Origin: a bacterium
GTDB lineage: Bacteria > Chlamydiota > Chlamydiia > Chlamydiales > SM23-39
DNA length: 62,793 bases
Direction: 5' to 3'
Assembly (NCBI GenBank): GCA_021781995.1
Contig: JAJXVT010000005.1
Coordinates: forward strand, 1-62,793
The first letter of the stretch is position 1; every line of letters starts with the position of its first letter. Positions 59,814 through 62,793 of the stretch are shown here, piece by piece. Under the pieces are notes generated by a model. The model did no database searches. It was not told the origin of the DNA and saw nothing but the letters and a program-made list of their open reading frames with translations. Made by a program: the position numbers and the translations under genes.

Positions 59814-61892
59814 ATGAAAGTTTTCAATACATTTGTTCATTCCATCCTCCTCGCAACGGAGCCCGCTCTTATCGCTTATCCTCTTTCTGAGACACCTTCG
59901 ATCCGAGAAATCGTCATCATCCCAGACTTGCGAAGTCTTTCGTATGACGAAGCGATAAAATTTCTCTCATTGATTGAATCAGACTCTTTTGAGGAGCGAT
60001 GCTCCGAGGAACAATTGGACCAAATCAATGAATTCGTCGCGTTTCTTGCGATGGGGGGCTCTAGCGATGCCGAACAACTCGAGCTTTTGCAAGACACTGC
60101 GTCTCTTTTTGATGCGGGTGGGTATCAATACACCTACACCCTTGGCGATGGTGAAGTCATTACCTGCAAGAGTTGGACCAAAAAACATTGGGACCGTACG
60201 AGATCGTTTGTTAAGAAACACAAAAAAGCGATCATCGTCGGCGCGATTGTCGTCGTTGCAGTGGCCGTTGTGGTCGTGGCAGCCGTTGCCATATCCTCAT
60301 CTGCCGCAGGTGCTGTAGCAGCGGGTGGCGCCGCCTCTGTCGGCGCGCTCGATTCAGGTGCTGGCGGAGACAGCTCATCAACCTCGTTTACCTCCTCTTT
60401 GCAAGAAGAAATCTCCTCGTTTAAAGAAACGGTTGCGCCAGAACAACTCGCAGCTATTCTCGAATCGAATGATATCTCAATTGAAGAGAACGGACGGATC
60501 ATAGGCTCAGTCTTTGCGCATAAAGCATTGGATAACGTCGCCTCTCAAGCAGCCCGGGATCCTCATTTTGCACAAGAATTGCAAAACCTTAGTTCCTATT
60601 ATACCCCCACGTCTTGGACTTCTAATTCCGCAGATTACGCTTTCTCTACCGATTACACATCTACATGCGTCGGTAACGACATCGATTTAAATACACTGAT
60701 TTATCAAACGCGCGGAGACTGGGCGCTTGATTCTGGATACTACACCCAAGCAGCCCAAGATTTTGGCAACGCGATCGAGATTGAGCCGAACAACGCGAGT
60801 TCTTATTTAGGCAGAGGCGTTGCCAACTTCGAGCTTGGCCACTATGAAGCAAGCGTCGCTGATTACAACGCATACGTAGCTCGCGCTGCGCAATCCTTTT
60901 CAGTTATCGAGTTTTCTAAAGGTTTTGCTAGAGGATTGCCCCACGGAATTTATGATTCTGGCGAAGGATTTTGGCTATTTGTCACAGACCTCGCATGCCA
61001 TCCTATTCAAACCAGCGAGCAAGTGTATCAATCTCTTGCCGCTCTCAGCACCCTTGCTAAAGCAGGAGAATGGGGGCAGATTGCAGGCGCCATCTCGCCC
61101 GAAATCCGCCAACTCATCATGGAGTGGGATAGTCTCTCTTTTCGTGAAAAAGGAGAGCTTTCCGGCTACGCCTTCGGCAAGCACGGCGCAGATCTTTTCA
61201 TCCCCGGAGCCACCGCAACAGTGGTGGCAAAAGGATCTGCTGCGGCTAAAGAATTGGGGGTTATTTGCAAAAACCTCCAGTCAGCGGAGAAACTTTTGGT
61301 CTTAGAGGCTGTGGCCGAAGGTGGCACAGCAGGGATAAATATTAGGGAAGTGGTTATTTCTGCAAATAGAACTCTTGCCGTGGGAGAGGATCTTGGATTT
61401 ACCACAAAAGAGATAGCAGCACTTAAACAATCCGGCGAATTAGAGCAGGTCATCGGCAAAGGGCGAGATTTTTTTGCAGGCAATCCTGAAATGCAGACGT
61501 CCTATGATTTGTTTAAGGCGGCTCAAGAGAATTTGAAGCCCTATGTGAAGCAAGCTATGCCGGAAACAGAAGTTCGCGATTTGATCCATCAAAGTGGTAT
61601 AGCTACATTCCAAAGACCCCCTGGAATTCCGGATCATTATTTGGTGAGAATTACGGATAAGGGGGCTGGTATGGAGTATGTTCATCCAAATAACAAAGAT
61701 CTGTCAGTAAGAGTGATGCCAGGTAAGCCGCACAGTCCTAATTCACTTCAACAAAAAACGTATGTCGTGCAAATGGTTGGTAAAAAGGCTTTAGATAATA
61801 ACGGAAATTTAGTGAATCCAAAATTGCCTGAGGCTCACATCCCTTTAGATGAGTTTATTTATAAGGAGGAGGTAAATTGTGTATCCCAATGA
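59814..61892 (+). CDS. Putative polymorphic toxin: signal-like N-terminus, hydrophobic segment, TPRs, C-terminal nuclease-like toxin domain
   Basis: Hydrophobic AIIVGAIVVVAVAVVVVAAVAI; TPR pair; C-terminal RVMPGKPHSP..QQ..YV..D..GN..HIP domain also found as an orphan at 128..289. Start ATG 59814 or 59748. Confidence 0.7.
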   Translation: MKVFNTFVHSILLATEPALIAYPLSETPSIREIVIIPDLRSLSYDEAIKFLSLIESDSFEERCSEEQLDQINEFVAFLAMGGSSDAEQLELLQDTASLFDAGGYQYTYTLGDGEVITCKSWTKKHWDRTRSFVKKHKKAIIVGAIVVVAVAVVVVAAVAISSSAAGAVAAGGAASVGALDSGAGGDSSSTSFTSSLQEEISSFKETVAPEQLAAILESNDISIEENGRIIGSVFAHKALDNVASQAARDPHFAQELQNLSSYYTPTSWTSNSADYAFSTDYTSTCVGNDIDLNTLIYQTRGDWALDSGYYTQAAQDFGNAIEIEPNNASSYLGRGVANFELGHYEASVADYNAYVARAAQSFSVIEFSKGFARGLPHGIYDSGEGFWLFVTDLACHPIQTSEQVYQSLAALSTLAKAGEWGQIAGAISPEIRQLIMEWDSLSFREKGELSGYAFGKHGADLFIPGATATVVAKGSAAAKELGVICKNLQSAEKLLVLEAVAEGGTAGINIREVVISANRTLAVGEDLGFTTKEIAALKQSGELEQVIGKGRDFFAGNPEMQTSYDLFKAAQENLKPYVKQAMPETEVRDLIHQSGIATFQRPPGIPDHYLVRITDKGAGMEYVHPNNKDLSVRVMPGKPHSPNSLQQKTYVVQMVGKKALDNNGNLVNPKLPEAHIPLDEFIYKEEVNCVSQ

Positions 61893-62793
61893 AAATTCAA
61901 CACTGGAATCATTTTTAGAAGAAGTTACTGGTATTTCTGATAAAGAGTATCAGCGAAGAGTATGGATTCGAGGCGAAGGCCCAGAATGCGATGATTTTGA
62001 CGAAGCAGTTTGCCGTTATTCCAACGTAGCGGATTGTGTATTTGAAGAATATAAAGAATGCGGCATTTCGGATTATCAATTTGAATTAATTAAGAAATTC
62101 CATGAAAACTTTAAAAAATTTTGGCAGGACAACGATCTTCCTCAATTATTTATCGACACGCCTGAATGGACTAAGATCACGCTGATGGCAAAAGATGTAT
62201 TGCAGGCTTTCGGCTATCAAAGGAACCGCGTGCAAAAATACTCGATTCACTACCAAAACTTGGTCGGTACGCTGTATACCTGTAGCGATGGCAAAAAACC
62301 AGGAATTATGCTGTTGTCCGGCTCTGATGGTGGTGTGCCTGGGAAAAATGCGATTCCAGAATCATTTGTAGAATATTTGGTGAAAAGCGGATTTACGGTA
62401 CTTGCTCTCGCTTATTTTGGTATGGATCGTTTACCTAATGCTTTGGAAAATATACCGCTGGAGTATTTCATCTCTGCGATTGAATGGTTCAAACGGCAAG
62501 CTTATGTAGACCCTTTTCGTATCGGGATCATTGGCCAGTCTCGAGGCGGGGAGCTGGCTTTATTACTAGCTTCTTCTTTTCCTGAACTCATTCAAGCAGT
62601 TGTAGCGTGCTCGCCTTGTAATATGATCTGTGGAGGTTTCCCGCACCCAAATCGGCCGGCATGGACTTGCCACCATAAGCCTCTTACTCCTTATTTGTCG
62701 GGATTATCGAACGCAGATGATGATTTGGCCGAAGCGGACGACATTAGGATGGCCATTGAAAGTAATAAGATTCCGCGACATGCAAATACTGCT
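61879..62793 (+). CDS. Immunity-like domain fused to BAAT/acyl-CoA thioesterase-type alpha/beta hydrolase (runs off window)
   Basis: GTG 61879 after an aggaggagg RBS, overlapping the toxin stop; 305 open codons. First ~114 aa are paralogous to 293..658, then LSGSDGG, LALAYFG, IPLEYF, GQSRGGELAL. Confidence 0.8.
   Translation, partial: MYPNENSTLESFLEEVTGISDKEYQRRVWIRGEGPECDDFDEAVCRYSNVADCVFEEYKECGISDYQFELIKKFHENFKKFWQDNDLPQLFIDTPEWTKITLMAKDVLQAFGYQRNRVQKYSIHYQNLVGTLYTCSDGKKPGIMLLSGSDGGVPGKNAIPESFVEYLVKSGFTVLALAYFGMDRLPNALENIPLEYFISAIEWFKRQAYVDPFRIGIIGQSRGGELALLLASSFPELIQAVVACSPCNMICGGFPHPNRPAWTCHHKPLTPYLSGLSNADDDLAEADDIRMAIESNKIPRHANTA

Noticed and set aside
983-61685. Many short ORFs nested in or antisense to recognised genes in the ORF track
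   Set aside because: They overlap well-supported genes and have no motifs; treated as shadow frames.

Overview
Bacterial chromosomal segment, most likely from an environmental member of Chlamydiota. This is an inference from the chlamydial-type SET/NUE, HtrA and GlgB gene set plus a citrate synthase, which Chlamydiaceae lack. Housekeeping genes (ftsY, sucCD, htrA, M16 peptidase, mdh, gltA, pip, hflX, radC, mtaB, rlmB-like, glgB, ligA, ABC-F, miaB, rplM, rpsI, M32 carboxypeptidase, lptF/G-like) are interleaved with many eukaryote-like candidate host effectors, mostly on the minus strand. These include a 2653-aa protease/helicase-like protein, three kinases with a WNK-like displaced lysine (two fused to LRRs), two SET-domain proteins, two tail-anchored RING proteins, an FFAT-motif membrane protein and a His-Me nuclease-like protein. 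The strongest candidate for an undescribed system is a polymorphic toxin-immunity system visible at both ends of the window. At the right end is a TPR-containing toxin (59.8-61.9 kb) followed by an immunity-like gene fused in frame to an alpha/beta-hydrolase, which the ORF track missed. At the left end is a repeat-delimited orphan cassette carrying a variant toxin tip and a paralogous immunity gene. A MITE-like inverted-repeat family and a direct-repeat-flanked, frameshifted gene insertion are also present. I found no rRNA, tRNA or CRISPR array. All family assignments come from motif recognition by eye, with no database searches.
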